This document shows, piece by piece, positions 48,501-56,681 of a DNA stretch of 64,000 nt. The position numbers were made by a program, and so were the translations under genes. Under the pieces are notes generated by a model. The model was not told the origin of the DNA. It made no database searches and saw only the letters and a list, made by a program, of their open reading frames with translations. This stretch comes from Giardia intestinalis (Eukaryota), in the NCBI GenBank assembly GCA_000002435.2, contig CM018792.1; one strand, given 5' to 3'. How positions within the stretch are numbered: the first letter of the stretch is position 1; each line of letters starts with the position of its first letter.

Positions 48501-49881
48501 TTACAAGGAAGCATCCATCTGCGATTCCAGTAAATCCTGCACCAACCTTTGCGAAAAATGACTCTGCGTTAACGGGGTCTATCGTACTAGTAATGGCACC
48601 TATTGCCTTCTCAAACGCAGGGAGCAAGCGACCTGTTACAATGGCGTAATGTGTGAAGACGGACATGCAGATCAATGAAAGAGACTTTTGAACAACCTCT
48701 GGGTTGGCTCCCATTTTATAGAACAGTTTTAGCTGTTTCAAGAAGATGACGAAGTAGTCGAACAGTTGCTCGATAACCTGAAATGTGCCAGCGCCTGATG
48801 CTGCCTCTAAGATTCTCCTTGAAAGATGAAATGCAACAGTCTCATATATTAGAAGCATGCGGTTCACGATATCCCTATCTATGGGCAGTTCACGGAACGA
48901 CGATTCAATAAGCGACAAAAGGGATGCATCAATCACCAAATCCGATGATAAGATTCCTCCCAACACGTTTAGCGCACTCGCAGACATATCCGGAGCAAAT
49001 AACAGCTGCAGTAGTCTAATAACCAACATGCACCCTGCTGACATTTCCGTATCTTTATTCGAATGGTACACTGCCGGGCCTCCCGAGGCAGCATAGACAA
49101 GGTTTGCGGGGAGAGAAAGCTGCCCATCAGATAGAGATGAGTCATGTGTACGGAGATTATATAGAACAACCTTGGTCACTGCTGTGGTACCTTCTGTAAG
49201 AAGCATGGAGAGGATGGAAGAAATTATCTGTATGCTGCAGTAGCCTGGTGTTCGCGAATTTGTTGAATTGTCAAGATTTTGTCTTGTGGACTCATCAACA
49301 TCCGTATCAGCATCAGAGTCTAACGTATCGGTAGCTACTTTTATATTCTCCTTGATCAGCTCAACTTCATATCGCACGATGATACTCAAAATATCGTGCA
49401 CCAGAGACGCCACTTTGCGACGCCCATCTCCCAGCATTAGAGCCAGAAAGCCAGGCAGTTTGCTTTGAGGTGGAAAGGTGCCACCATCTGTTAAATTAGA
49501 AGCAAACTGCCTCAGCATCTCCAGGTAGAGAACTGTGATAAAGGTCGGTATGTTAGGAGCGCTAAGAAACTCCAGTGTAAAGGACTCTATGCGTGGAAGG
49601 ATAGCAAGAGACGATGCAACTGAGATGTCAGAGAGCATACTTTTAGCCAGAATAAATGGCGGCACAAGAGTTTCCATGGGAGTGAGATTCTTCCAGTCGG
49701 CGATAAAGGTTAGAATAAATGCGAGTACGTGTTCTCTTTTAGGTTCCGTGTCCTTAGAAATGCGGCTCCGCACAGCTGAAAATGCATTATTGCAAAAGAT
49801 TGTGAGAGGCTCTGCAAAGCTAGGATACGTGAGGAGGAATGGATTGGAGAAGGCTCCCGAAACTGAGATGCCCTCGTTCAT
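45586..49881 (-). CDS. Large alpha-helical (HEAT/ARM-repeat-like) protein with basic C-terminal tail (1431 aa from first ATG); possibly RRP12-like nucleolar/export factor
   Basis: Track start 49941 is GTG. First ATG 49881 in AT-rich context (gcaattaattataactttATG). Helical-repeat composition throughout. C-terminus ...DPYAYLPLLTGKHISKQDRTRLKAG...KNRRHNRKK is Lys/Arg-rich. Confidence 0.8.
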   Translation of the reverse strand: MNEGISVSGAFSNPFLLTYPSFAEPLTIFCNNAFSAVRSRISKDTEPKREHVLAFILTFIADWKNLTPMETLVPPFILAKSMLSDISVASSLAILPRIESFTLEFLSAPNIPTFITVLYLEMLRQFASNLTDGGTFPPQSKLPGFLALMLGDGRRKVASLVHDILSIIVRYEVELIKENIKVATDTLDSDADTDVDESTRQNLDNSTNSRTPGYCSIQIISSILSMLLTEGTTAVTKVVLYNLRTHDSSLSDGQLSLPANLVYAASGGPAVYHSNKDTEMSAGCMLVIRLLQLLFAPDMSASALNVLGGILSSDLVIDASLLSLIESSFRELPIDRDIVNRMLLIYETVAFHLSRRILEAASGAGTFQVIEQLFDYFVIFLKQLKLFYKMGANPEVVQKSLSLICMSVFTHYAIVTGRLLPAFEKAIGAITSTIDPVNAESFFAKVGAGFTGIADGCFLVKQNEQQECEEVIAGLKGLFTALVAGARHTENHTCILIITSFIKHMDLQLAFKAFNCGLVSDDGTSKLMDLVQTPSSATDLWLLSYYSKCKSASLSFIYTHLFEAILNQSAFKKLQAGTRSILLDQVWAIVSEVTRNPVVDDLLGYSQDTSIALAEAPTKTSVDIFCSILIDNLFGSTEAEQRALHACGSAIGNLLRFFSTLRANVTKLVESIIKTSSTSQGAGPTSELSSTGDTCTLLMELIAKPEPFQLSAAVIKNLRLFEASLSFVGGFLVPKLLSPLLDRMLAADSPPNNPYVTLLPLAVSLAKKPLISTACANVIKRIIDGTGPQASLFDVFNGILSGCITATNFSPLGPQTVPVFLELDSKLSTIHTISAQKLHYKILRFLVNASSKDNPELSQAIISSIESAGAETFRGGALQRHRFGLYADIVRSSEVFNLEPSHILSEFARDIYLCLSDNNMRVRHMASEMIKAATVKACRQCCNNESLGSLKLDIYEAVQKITDCLQPPQNSSVDVWANYAYLLQIIMIGMTEVIKKLLVEDLNILLEKGVNISDFNCTHPLFITIATQLLADIRTNLFLEKRKVASTDAETGEETTEFSYRYTLSLPTHSAKRLLNFFSAFISAAGPSELLSIAEEIPRVLLRLVIGSLTSPYRSVVKNILFQLGLAMGYSYSKDLYEEAFNLIIKDMMEYIVANSETPIHNLDPEILVAIRDAAAEACVSARRMVSAVLSKLRHKASDQMIGRFTLPNYLDVALSIPEDMHGRIRSYGDDDADFADIYKHIIDGTEEVIDLEEKQPCPDSSNDADDPFKNNKKFGKSLNSAMAMLLDETVERDSLRPEHIQKLTQIKENDAILNRTLSEIKKINQRKQYSSGRLKVVHTGHEFSSKRAGGDVQTANKADPYAYLPLLTGKHISKQDRTRLKAGMTLVTQKRTRDERIAKKQMLSHAEKRAMMKHGHIPPNLKNRRHNRKK

Positions 49882-50160
49882 AAAGTTATAATTAATTGCA
49901 AAGCAGAATAAATGATGCCTCAAGCTGGGCCACAGAGCCACCCATTCATCTACACCATAGAAGACGAGTTCTCTGTCGGTCGCCTAATATCTCTGAACTA
50001 ATTAAACATAGGTTTACCTCTAGAGTCTTTCGTCACCTTATTGAAAATCTGTTCTTGTTCTTCCACTCTATCCTTAATGGCCAGGATTTCACGGATGAAT
50101 TAGTTCTTAGTGGCGAGCATTTACTTCAGGAAACAAAAAATTGAGAGGGGTCCGCCGTCA

Positions 50161-52323
50161 ATGTCAACATCGTCCCGTCAAAGGTCTCCACGAGACCAAC
50201 TGCCGCCTCAAATGACCGCTCCTCGAGCTAAATATAATAGAAGGCGGCGTGTAGTACACCAGAATGAAGATACAGGGCTACATATCCAATCAAACAGAAA
50301 TCCTAGCAAAACCTCACGGAAACCAAGTGTACCAGCCAGTGCAAAAGTATACACCCTCGTCCCACCTCTTGTTTCACCCCTAACGCTGATTTCCCCAGAT
50401 TTGACAAGGATCGAGCAAATGGAAGCAAGAAGACTAAGCCCTCGCACACTTTCCAGCTACTCGTTAACAAATCATCACTTTCTATTGCCACATAACAATG
50501 ACATAGCCACCAATATAATAAGGCTGTGGAATTACCTTAGACTCCCCTTTCCGGAACAGCGATATGCCATGCAGTCTTTCATAGCCAATGAATCTCTACT
50601 TTTTCCGTATCTCAAGAGGCTAACTAAGTTTTCCACTCTTCTGCGTGCTTATGATCATTGCAGCAAGGTCCGCATAGGATTGCTAGGCCGCTTCCGTGCA
50701 AACCTATATGGTTCTACTTGTCGAGATAGCATCATAGTAGACCTACTGGAGCTACGGGAGCTCACTCTTTTCATAGTCTCTTTTGATAATGAGGCAAGCA
50801 CGATATTGGGCCGACCAATCTCTTTAGCAAAGGTGCTAGGTAGGGATTGCCCCAGTTCGGAAGCTTTCTTCTTTGATGAATGCTTATTCACAGAAGAAAC
50901 CGTCGCTACCATGATGCTAGCAACCCAGTTTATCAGAACAATGAGCCTTATTCAGCTCCAAACCCTAATCAACATGTTCTTTGACAGGTGCATCAACTGG
51001 TACACTCCTGCGGACTCTCCCAGCGATCAGCTCATTGACTATGAAAAGAAGGCTCGTAAAATTGTCTCTCTCTGCTTTCTGCTGGGTTTAGTAGCAGATG
51101 CACAGTTTGAGGGAAACATCCTCCCAGCTCTTTTCATGACTCACCTGATTTCTATCAAGGGAAGGGATCTAATCGCGTTCAGGAATGAGCTGCTCTCACA
51201 ATGCAGTAGTATGGACCTTGTATCCTTGCCTACAAAGGAAGTCAATCAGCCATATGTTAATATTCCTTTGCAACCTCTCATTGGTTTAAAAAATTGCAAA
51301 ACGAGCCTTTCTGAACCAGAACCCACGCCCCATCACCCTATTGTCAACAACGATGTGGCAGAGACCATTTTGCTTACACCCAGCGAGGCTTTTCACGCAA
51401 TATTAACCGATAGGTTCCTCACAGAGATTGATGATGAGTTTTTGTTATTCTGCAACGACTTAGGGTATAGCCTTCCACTCATTCCTGTGGAGCCTAAAGA
51501 AACCTTGGTTGAAATCTATCGAGTTATCAATCCAAACCAATTTCCAAACACCTCCACAAAGAGCCCAGATGCTACGCTCATCGACATGTCTGTTCCGTCG
51601 CCTTTTGGGGTGGAGAGTATCTGGGTAAACACGCCTAACTATACAGAGTTCTCGATTGGCAATGCCTACGATCGCAGCATAGAAGGCACAACAGGGCTCA
51701 ATCCCATGCAGTTACTTGGAGAGGAGGAGTATGACTTGCTAGGGGTTTTGAACTGGCCCAGGGTACACATCACACCGTTTCTAGTGGAAGGAGCAAGCAA
51801 ACTAATGAAGAGGCTCATCGCTAACAGCATTGAACGCAGATCTAAAAGTTTACCCGCTAGATCTCCAAAAGAAAATAAACCCCAAGCAAAGAAAAAGAAA
51901 GCCCCTCATAGCTGCAAAAAAAATCTGAGTCAGCACAGTGAATCACCTCCGCCACCACCATCAATACACACTACCGCTGTGCTGCCTGGCTCTTCAAAAT
52001 CCGTCCCAACAAGACCGCGTTTTACCAGAAGGGCTGTCGTAGGTAGTACACGACAAGATCCGCCTAGTATGCATACACAAAAAAGTACTAAGTCAATCCT
52101 TACCCTAAAAGATTTGGAAAATGAGTTGACCAATCGGATTGGAGATTTAAAACTTACAAAAGAAGTTGAAAAGCATAACAAAGAACTAAGCACTCACGAA
52201 CAATCCACGGAAGATAACAAGATGATTATTAGTGCAGATCTGACTGCAATCTTCTTGGGACACAGCAGTCCAACAGATGAATCCCCTCTGTCTTCCAAAG
52301 AGCAGCTTAGAGCATCCCCATAA
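50161..52323 (+). CDS. Hypothetical protein (720 aa from first ATG) with basic/Pro-rich C-terminal region
   Basis: Track start 50110 is GTG. First ATG at 50161; a later ATG at ~50212 is also possible. Divergent from the upstream minus-strand gene across a ~280-bp gap. Confidence 0.7.
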   Translation: MSTSSRQRSPRDQLPPQMTAPRAKYNRRRRVVHQNEDTGLHIQSNRNPSKTSRKPSVPASAKVYTLVPPLVSPLTLISPDLTRIEQMEARRLSPRTLSSYSLTNHHFLLPHNNDIATNIIRLWNYLRLPFPEQRYAMQSFIANESLLFPYLKRLTKFSTLLRAYDHCSKVRIGLLGRFRANLYGSTCRDSIIVDLLELRELTLFIVSFDNEASTILGRPISLAKVLGRDCPSSEAFFFDECLFTEETVATMMLATQFIRTMSLIQLQTLINMFFDRCINWYTPADSPSDQLIDYEKKARKIVSLCFLLGLVADAQFEGNILPALFMTHLISIKGRDLIAFRNELLSQCSSMDLVSLPTKEVNQPYVNIPLQPLIGLKNCKTSLSEPEPTPHHPIVNNDVAETILLTPSEAFHAILTDRFLTEIDDEFLLFCNDLGYSLPLIPVEPKETLVEIYRVINPNQFPNTSTKSPDATLIDMSVPSPFGVESIWVNTPNYTEFSIGNAYDRSIEGTTGLNPMQLLGEEEYDLLGVLNWPRVHITPFLVEGASKLMKRLIANSIERRSKSLPARSPKENKPQAKKKKAPHSCKKNLSQHSESPPPPPSIHTTAVLPGSSKSVPTRPRFTRRAVVGSTRQDPPSMHTQKSTKSILTLKDLENELTNRIGDLKLTKEVEKHNKELSTHEQSTEDNKMIISADLTAIFLGHSSPTDESPLSSKEQLRASP

Positions 52324-52327
52324 AACT

Positions 52328-52384
52328 GTTGACTGTTGGCAGTTGACAATTGACAATTGACAATTGACAATTAACAAGTAACAA
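52328..52384. repeat. Tandem heptamer array (T/G)TGACAA x ~8 occupying the whole intergenic region
   Basis: tgttgac tgttggc agttgacaa ttgacaa ttgacaa ttaacaa gtaacaa ttgacag, read directly between the TAA stop (52321-52323) and the next ATG (52400). Confidence 0.8.
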
Positions 52385-52399
52385 TTGACAGAAAAAGGC

Positions 52400-54061
52400 A
52401 TGGTGGTGCTGGTCATAGGATTCTTTCTCTCCATATTGATGTGCACGCGCATTGACGTGTTCTTGCTGGATGGCATGCGAGAAGACTTTTTTCTCGACGG
52501 GGAAGTCATCAATAAAACATATTTCCCTCGTCTTACTGTCTCTGCCTTTCCATCTGTAAAGAAAACAGTGCTCACCGAAACACCAACGTACACAACCAAC
52601 TGTCTTCATGCCATGTATACAGGTAGGGTCACTCATCCGCTTTGCGTCCTGCTGGCACTGGCTCCATCAATGTATACCATCACTGGAGGACCAAGAGAAA
52701 AACCTCGCGTTCTCAAGCTTCTGCTGCAGAGGGGGTATAGTTTGAGTGTCAGTGGGGATGACACATTAGCCAAGATGTTCCCTAGCTACTTCAGTCAATC
52801 GCAGACAGCATACTCCTTCAGCATAGGTGACTATGACACAGTAGATAACATAGTACTCCAGAGCCTGCAAGATCTTTGGGCAAGTGGTGCAGCTGTAACC
52901 AATCAGTTCTCGGTATACCACTTTCTCGGAGCAGACCATGTTGCACACAGCGAAGGCCTACTGTCCGCTACACTACGTGAGAGGTATAACAGGTATGATA
53001 ATCTGATAGACACTCACCTGAATTTTCTTCACAATATGTGGACCAAAGGCGATCTTGATAGCTATGTTGTCATCATTCTCTCGGACCACGGGATGACAGA
53101 CAAGGGTACCCACGGCGGCTTCAGTGCAGCAGAGACTCACACTCCCTTTCTGCTATTCACGTCCTCAGAATCGCTTAGAGAAGGCCTTGAAACGCGAGTC
53201 GGTCAACTGATTCCACAGCGACACATCCTACTTCACGTTCTCTCGAAGTTATTTCTCGCAGAGACAGGAGCCGAAATTGAGATAGAAGCGACAGATGGAG
53301 CGCCTTCCAGTGCTGTTTCGTCCATAGACGTCTGTATTATCATCGCTTACACTATCTTATTAGCGATACTTTCGACAATAATTATCGCCCGTAAGCGTCC
53401 TATAAGCTCAGCAATTCTAATGTGTCAGTTTCTGTGCGCTGTAGCTGCACGGTTTGCGCACAACGAAACGGTGCCTTTGGTAATTAGCCTTGCAATGGAA
53501 CTTATTTGGAAGACTAGGTCTGATAGCAATGAAATCAACGTAAGATACGGTGGAAAGAATCCTGCGAGAAGACATAGCATGTATCGGGCTCTCCTAATTG
53601 TATCTTATGGTGCCTGGATAGCGTCTCTTGCATATATTACAAGGAGCGTGTACTCAGTAACACCAGCAGCCTTGATGTTGGTGATCCAAACCTTCAATGC
53701 CCGAGCAGAGCTGCGGCATATATTGCTGCGCCTGCTACTCAACGGTATGGGGCACACAGAACTCTTTTCATATAGACTTCCATCCATATATCTGTCAAAT
53801 AGACCCAAAAACTCGGCCAATCCTTGGAGTTGTGCAGCTTATATTTTCTTAGCCGATGGACTGCCTACAATGATCAGCGGAAGCATATATGACTTCACCA
53901 GTCTTGCTACTCTGATATTCTCCTCTCTGCTATTTCGATGGCACCCCCTCTACAACTCCATCTGCGTTTCGAGGCTAATAATGGGGATCGTGACGGCTAT
54001 TCTGAGTTTAAGCGGTGTGATTATGAGGAGAGTAGGGTCAACCTTGGGGTTCTTGAGATAG
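52400..54061 (+). CDS. GPI ethanolamine-phosphate transferase-like protein (PIG-N/PIG-O/PIG-G alkaline-phosphatase-superfamily fold) with C-terminal TM helices (553 aa)
   Basis: Track start 52385 is TTG; ATG at 52400 (acagaaaaaggcATG). Motifs VFLLDGMREDFF (like VLLVIDALRxDF), TETPTYTTNCLHAMYTG, HFLGADHVAH, and ILSDHGMTDKGTHGGFSAAETHTPFLLF (like GDHGM..G.HGG.S..E). About six C-terminal hydrophobic helices. Confidence 0.65.
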   Translation: MVVLVIGFFLSILMCTRIDVFLLDGMREDFFLDGEVINKTYFPRLTVSAFPSVKKTVLTETPTYTTNCLHAMYTGRVTHPLCVLLALAPSMYTITGGPREKPRVLKLLLQRGYSLSVSGDDTLAKMFPSYFSQSQTAYSFSIGDYDTVDNIVLQSLQDLWASGAAVTNQFSVYHFLGADHVAHSEGLLSATLRERYNRYDNLIDTHLNFLHNMWTKGDLDSYVVIILSDHGMTDKGTHGGFSAAETHTPFLLFTSSESLREGLETRVGQLIPQRHILLHVLSKLFLAETGAEIEIEATDGAPSSAVSSIDVCIIIAYTILLAILSTIIIARKRPISSAILMCQFLCAVAARFAHNETVPLVISLAMELIWKTRSDSNEINVRYGGKNPARRHSMYRALLIVSYGAWIASLAYITRSVYSVTPAALMLVIQTFNARAELRHILLRLLLNGMGHTELFSYRLPSIYLSNRPKNSANPWSCAAYIFLADGLPTMISGSIYDFTSLATLIFSSLLFRWHPLYNSICVSRLIMGIVTAILSLSGVIMRRVGSTLGFLR

Positions 54062-54062
54062 C

Positions 54063-54602
54063 TCAGCCGCTTAGGGAAGCAACGAGATGTCTTGCGTGTC
54101 TTGCCGCCGTGGCTGATGCATGCACACGGTCCAGACCTGAAAGGCACTCTGTTTCTTTATCAGAGACGGAGCAGTCCTGTACAGTTAGTTGTAAGTTGGC
54201 GATGGAGTAATTAGGTTGCTGAAAATCTGAATATGAACTACTTGATCTGGGCCTCACTCTATGTCTAGTGGCCGAGAAATTGTCAGTGTCATCAAGAGCA
54301 AGATTGCGGAGCACCAATGTCCGCGTGCCCTCCTTCTTCACTGCCTTCCAGCACATGCAATTATTGTATATAATGCTAACCTGATCAGTTGCAGCACTAC
54401 TCTCCTGCGGCCTATAAAGAATGTAAGTTGACCCCTCGTGGCTGGCCTCAGAGGCAGAGGAGTTCTTCAAGCATGTACCTGCTGGGGAAGTAAGTAGTGA
54501 TGACTTAGGGGAACTAGTTAACCGCTTGGGGTGTTTCTTTATTAATTGTAGCCTCTGAGCAACGATATCTGCGTCCTCGCGGAGCCAAGATCGGGCGTTC
54601 AT
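54063..54602 (-). CDS. Hypothetical protein (179 aa)
   Basis: ATG at 54602 with AT-rich upstream (gaagagataaattaaaaaATG). Only 16 bp from the stop of the upstream DHHC gene. Confidence 0.5.
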   Translation of the reverse strand: MNARSWLREDADIVAQRLQLIKKHPKRLTSSPKSSLLTSPAGTCLKNSSASEASHEGSTYILYRPQESSAATDQVSIIYNNCMCWKAVKKEGTRTLVLRNLALDDTDNFSATRHRVRPRSSSSYSDFQQPNYSIANLQLTVQDCSVSDKETECLSGLDRVHASATAARHARHLVASLSG

Positions 54603-54618
54603 TTTTTAATTTATCTCT

Positions 54619-55560
54619 TCAATTCATCTCTTCACCCGATAAATCTATGGCTCTATTTTTCAGGGCGCTAAATATGACGCTTTCATCTGCTGTCCCGGAA
54701 GCGACTGCATTGTATGCCTCAATTAGTCGAACGTATTTTGGAGACATCTCATAGTCGTAGCCACTTCGTGTGGGCCGTATTCGAGCGGGCAGAAGGAGAG
54801 CTGCTATCATACGCTCCCCAAAAAGCTCGGAGAGATTAGTACGGAGGCCGCTAGAGTAAGGGTACGGAAAGGGGATCCCAAGGCGCTTGCACCTCTCCTT
54901 CACCCAGTGATAATCACACTCTTCAGCCCCAATCTCATTATGCAAGATTGCAGGAAGCTGAGAAACAATAATGACCATGCATGCTAAAATGTTCAAGCAA
55001 TCAATTCCTGTGCCAAGAACAAATATCCCTATGCGTATCCTTTTATCAGTCTCTGGAAGAAAGGAGTTCGTGATGAAGCTTATGATGTTTATAAGGCAGC
55101 TTGTCAGTGAGCCGAGGACACCAAAGAGTAAGAAGCGGAGGAAGTAGCCATGATTACGAAGCCCAACACAGTTTCCAATCCAGGGGCAATGGTGATCATA
55201 CTTTAGCACACATCTACCGCAGATGCTGCAGTGATGAGTCCGCATGGGACGAGCATTGTGGCATTTTCCGCAAGACGTAAATGCCTCGTCTGGTATTGTA
55301 AATCCCGGAGGAGTGAAGATTGCTAGGCAGTAACTGGAAAGGTAGACCACAGATATGTACCCCATCAATGTGTAAACAAACACCTGAGCAACCCAAGATC
55401 TATAGGAGATGGCTGCAATGCACATTGGAACCAAAATGCAAACTGCAGACAAACACAGACAGGTTCCTATGACAAATCCGTGCATGGCACAGACACCAGC
55501 CCGTCGGAGACAGCGAAATCCCAGGCAGTTGAGGCACCTATTGGGGCCCTCCTTGCGCAT
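54619..55560 (-). CDS. DHHC-type protein S-acyltransferase (palmitoyltransferase), 313 aa
   Basis: CGKCHNARPMRTHHCSICGRCVLKYDHHCPWIGNCVGLRNHGYFLRFLLF is the canonical DHHC-CRD. It is flanked by four TM helices. Confidence 0.9.
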   Translation of the reverse strand: MRKEGPNRCLNCLGFRCLRRAGVCAMHGFVIGTCLCLSAVCILVPMCIAAISYRSWVAQVFVYTLMGYISVVYLSSYCLAIFTPPGFTIPDEAFTSCGKCHNARPMRTHHCSICGRCVLKYDHHCPWIGNCVGLRNHGYFLRFLLFGVLGSLTSCLINIISFITNSFLPETDKRIRIGIFVLGTGIDCLNILACMVIIVSQLPAILHNEIGAEECDYHWVKERCKRLGIPFPYPYSSGLRTNLSELFGERMIAALLLPARIRPTRSGYDYEMSPKYVRLIEAYNAVASGTADESVIFSALKNRAIDLSGEEMN

Positions 55561-55582
55561 GCTCCAATGAAATTAATTTCTT
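55561..55582. promoter_or_regulatory. 22-bp bidirectional promoter/initiator region between divergent DHHC and methyltransferase genes
   Basis: gctccaatgaaattaatttctt lies between ATG(-) at 55560 and ATG(+) at 55583. It contains the AT-rich aattaattt element of the kind Giardia uses as a combined promoter/initiator. Confidence 0.5.
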
Positions 55583-56605
55583 ATGGACTTCTCTGCGAAT
55601 CCTTGTGAAAGAGGCTCTACTGAGGCTGCGAACGAATGGAATCATGTCTACACACAGCACAAGGGATCGTTGTATCGAGATAGACACTGGCTATGGGCTG
55701 TTTTCCCGGAGCTTTTCCCTCTCCCTCCACACTACAAGGGAGACTTGGACACTGAAACATTTGCATGCCACTGTGGAAAGGCGACAGCCATTAGCAGTGC
55801 ATTGGTTAACGAAGTGAATATGCATGGCCTAGCTTTGAGAGCCTGTTGCTGTCCAGTCTGCGAATATAGAGTTGTGTACCAATCAACATACGTATACGCT
55901 CCCGGAAGACCTACACGTGGAGAAGAAGTTCCGTTCCCTCCTCGAACAGGACACGTCTGGGTCCTCGACATAGGGTGTGGAACCGGGAGTCTAGCGTTTC
56001 CACTCCTCGAAAAGAACTCACAGGTTCGTCTACTCTCACTAGATTACTCAGAAGAGGCCATTAAAGTCCTCAAACTGAGAGAGCGTTACAACGAAGAGGT
56101 GATCGTTGGAGAGATCTGTGACATCACAAGTCTTCAGAACTTGTCCGCCGCATGTGCACAATTGGCTACGCGATTCACTCCTTCCCCGGTCTTCTACTAT
56201 GCAACGATGGTCTTTGTTTTGAGTGCGCTGAAGGACAGCAACACCGTCAAAACAGCCATCTCTAACGTCTTATCGGTGTTAACGGACAACGGCGTGTTGC
56301 TAATCTATGATTATGCGGAAGGAGACTACCGTGAGGGAAAGTTCTCTGCAAGAGAGCAGAGCTCCCTTGACCGCTCTCCTATGGACCGAAAGAACCACTA
56401 CCTAGGAACTACATATCTGCGCGGCGAAGGCACACGGGCAACTTTCTTTTATTTGGAAGCACTCAAGGAACTTTGCTCAGAGCTTGGGGTGGTTCATGAA
56501 GCCTTGGTTCGAACGAAGGAAGAGTACAACAGAAAAACACAGGAACGATGGGTAAAGAAATATCTGTTAATTAAGGTTCGCAAATCCTCGCATGAACAGA
56601 AATAG
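55583..56605 (+). CDS. SAM-dependent methyltransferase, METTL2/METTL6 (tRNA m3C, Trm140-like) family (340 aa)
   Basis: EWNHVYTQHKGSLYRDRHWLWAVFPEL (like WD.FY....FFKDRHW...EFPEL). Motif I VLDIGCGTGSLAFPLLEKN...LDYSEEAI. A Cys-rich insertion (CHCGK...ACCCPVCEY) lies between these blocks. Confidence 0.65.
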   Translation: MDFSANPCERGSTEAANEWNHVYTQHKGSLYRDRHWLWAVFPELFPLPPHYKGDLDTETFACHCGKATAISSALVNEVNMHGLALRACCCPVCEYRVVYQSTYVYAPGRPTRGEEVPFPPRTGHVWVLDIGCGTGSLAFPLLEKNSQVRLLSLDYSEEAIKVLKLRERYNEEVIVGEICDITSLQNLSAACAQLATRFTPSPVFYYATMVFVLSALKDSNTVKTAISNVLSVLTDNGVLLIYDYAEGDYREGKFSAREQSSLDRSPMDRKNHYLGTTYLRGEGTRATFFYLEALKELCSELGVVHEALVRTKEEYNRKTQERWVKKYLLIKVRKSSHEQK

Positions 56606-56681
56606 ATAAATAAAAAGCTCCTGGATAGCACGTTCAAGCTTTACAACTAAATTTCAAAATTTTAAGTTAAGCATTTAGGAT

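Noticed and set aside
7649-52399. N-terminal extensions of track ORFs beginning at non-ATG codons (7649 CTG; 10972, 13698, 13727, 34885, 52385 TTG; 11091, 38963, 41070, 49941, 50110 GTG)
   Set aside because: A nuclear eukaryotic genome is expected to initiate at ATG. In most cases the first in-frame ATG has the characteristic short AT-rich initiator context, so I used the first in-frame ATG. For the 38963 VSP copy there is no such ATG at all, hence the truncation call.
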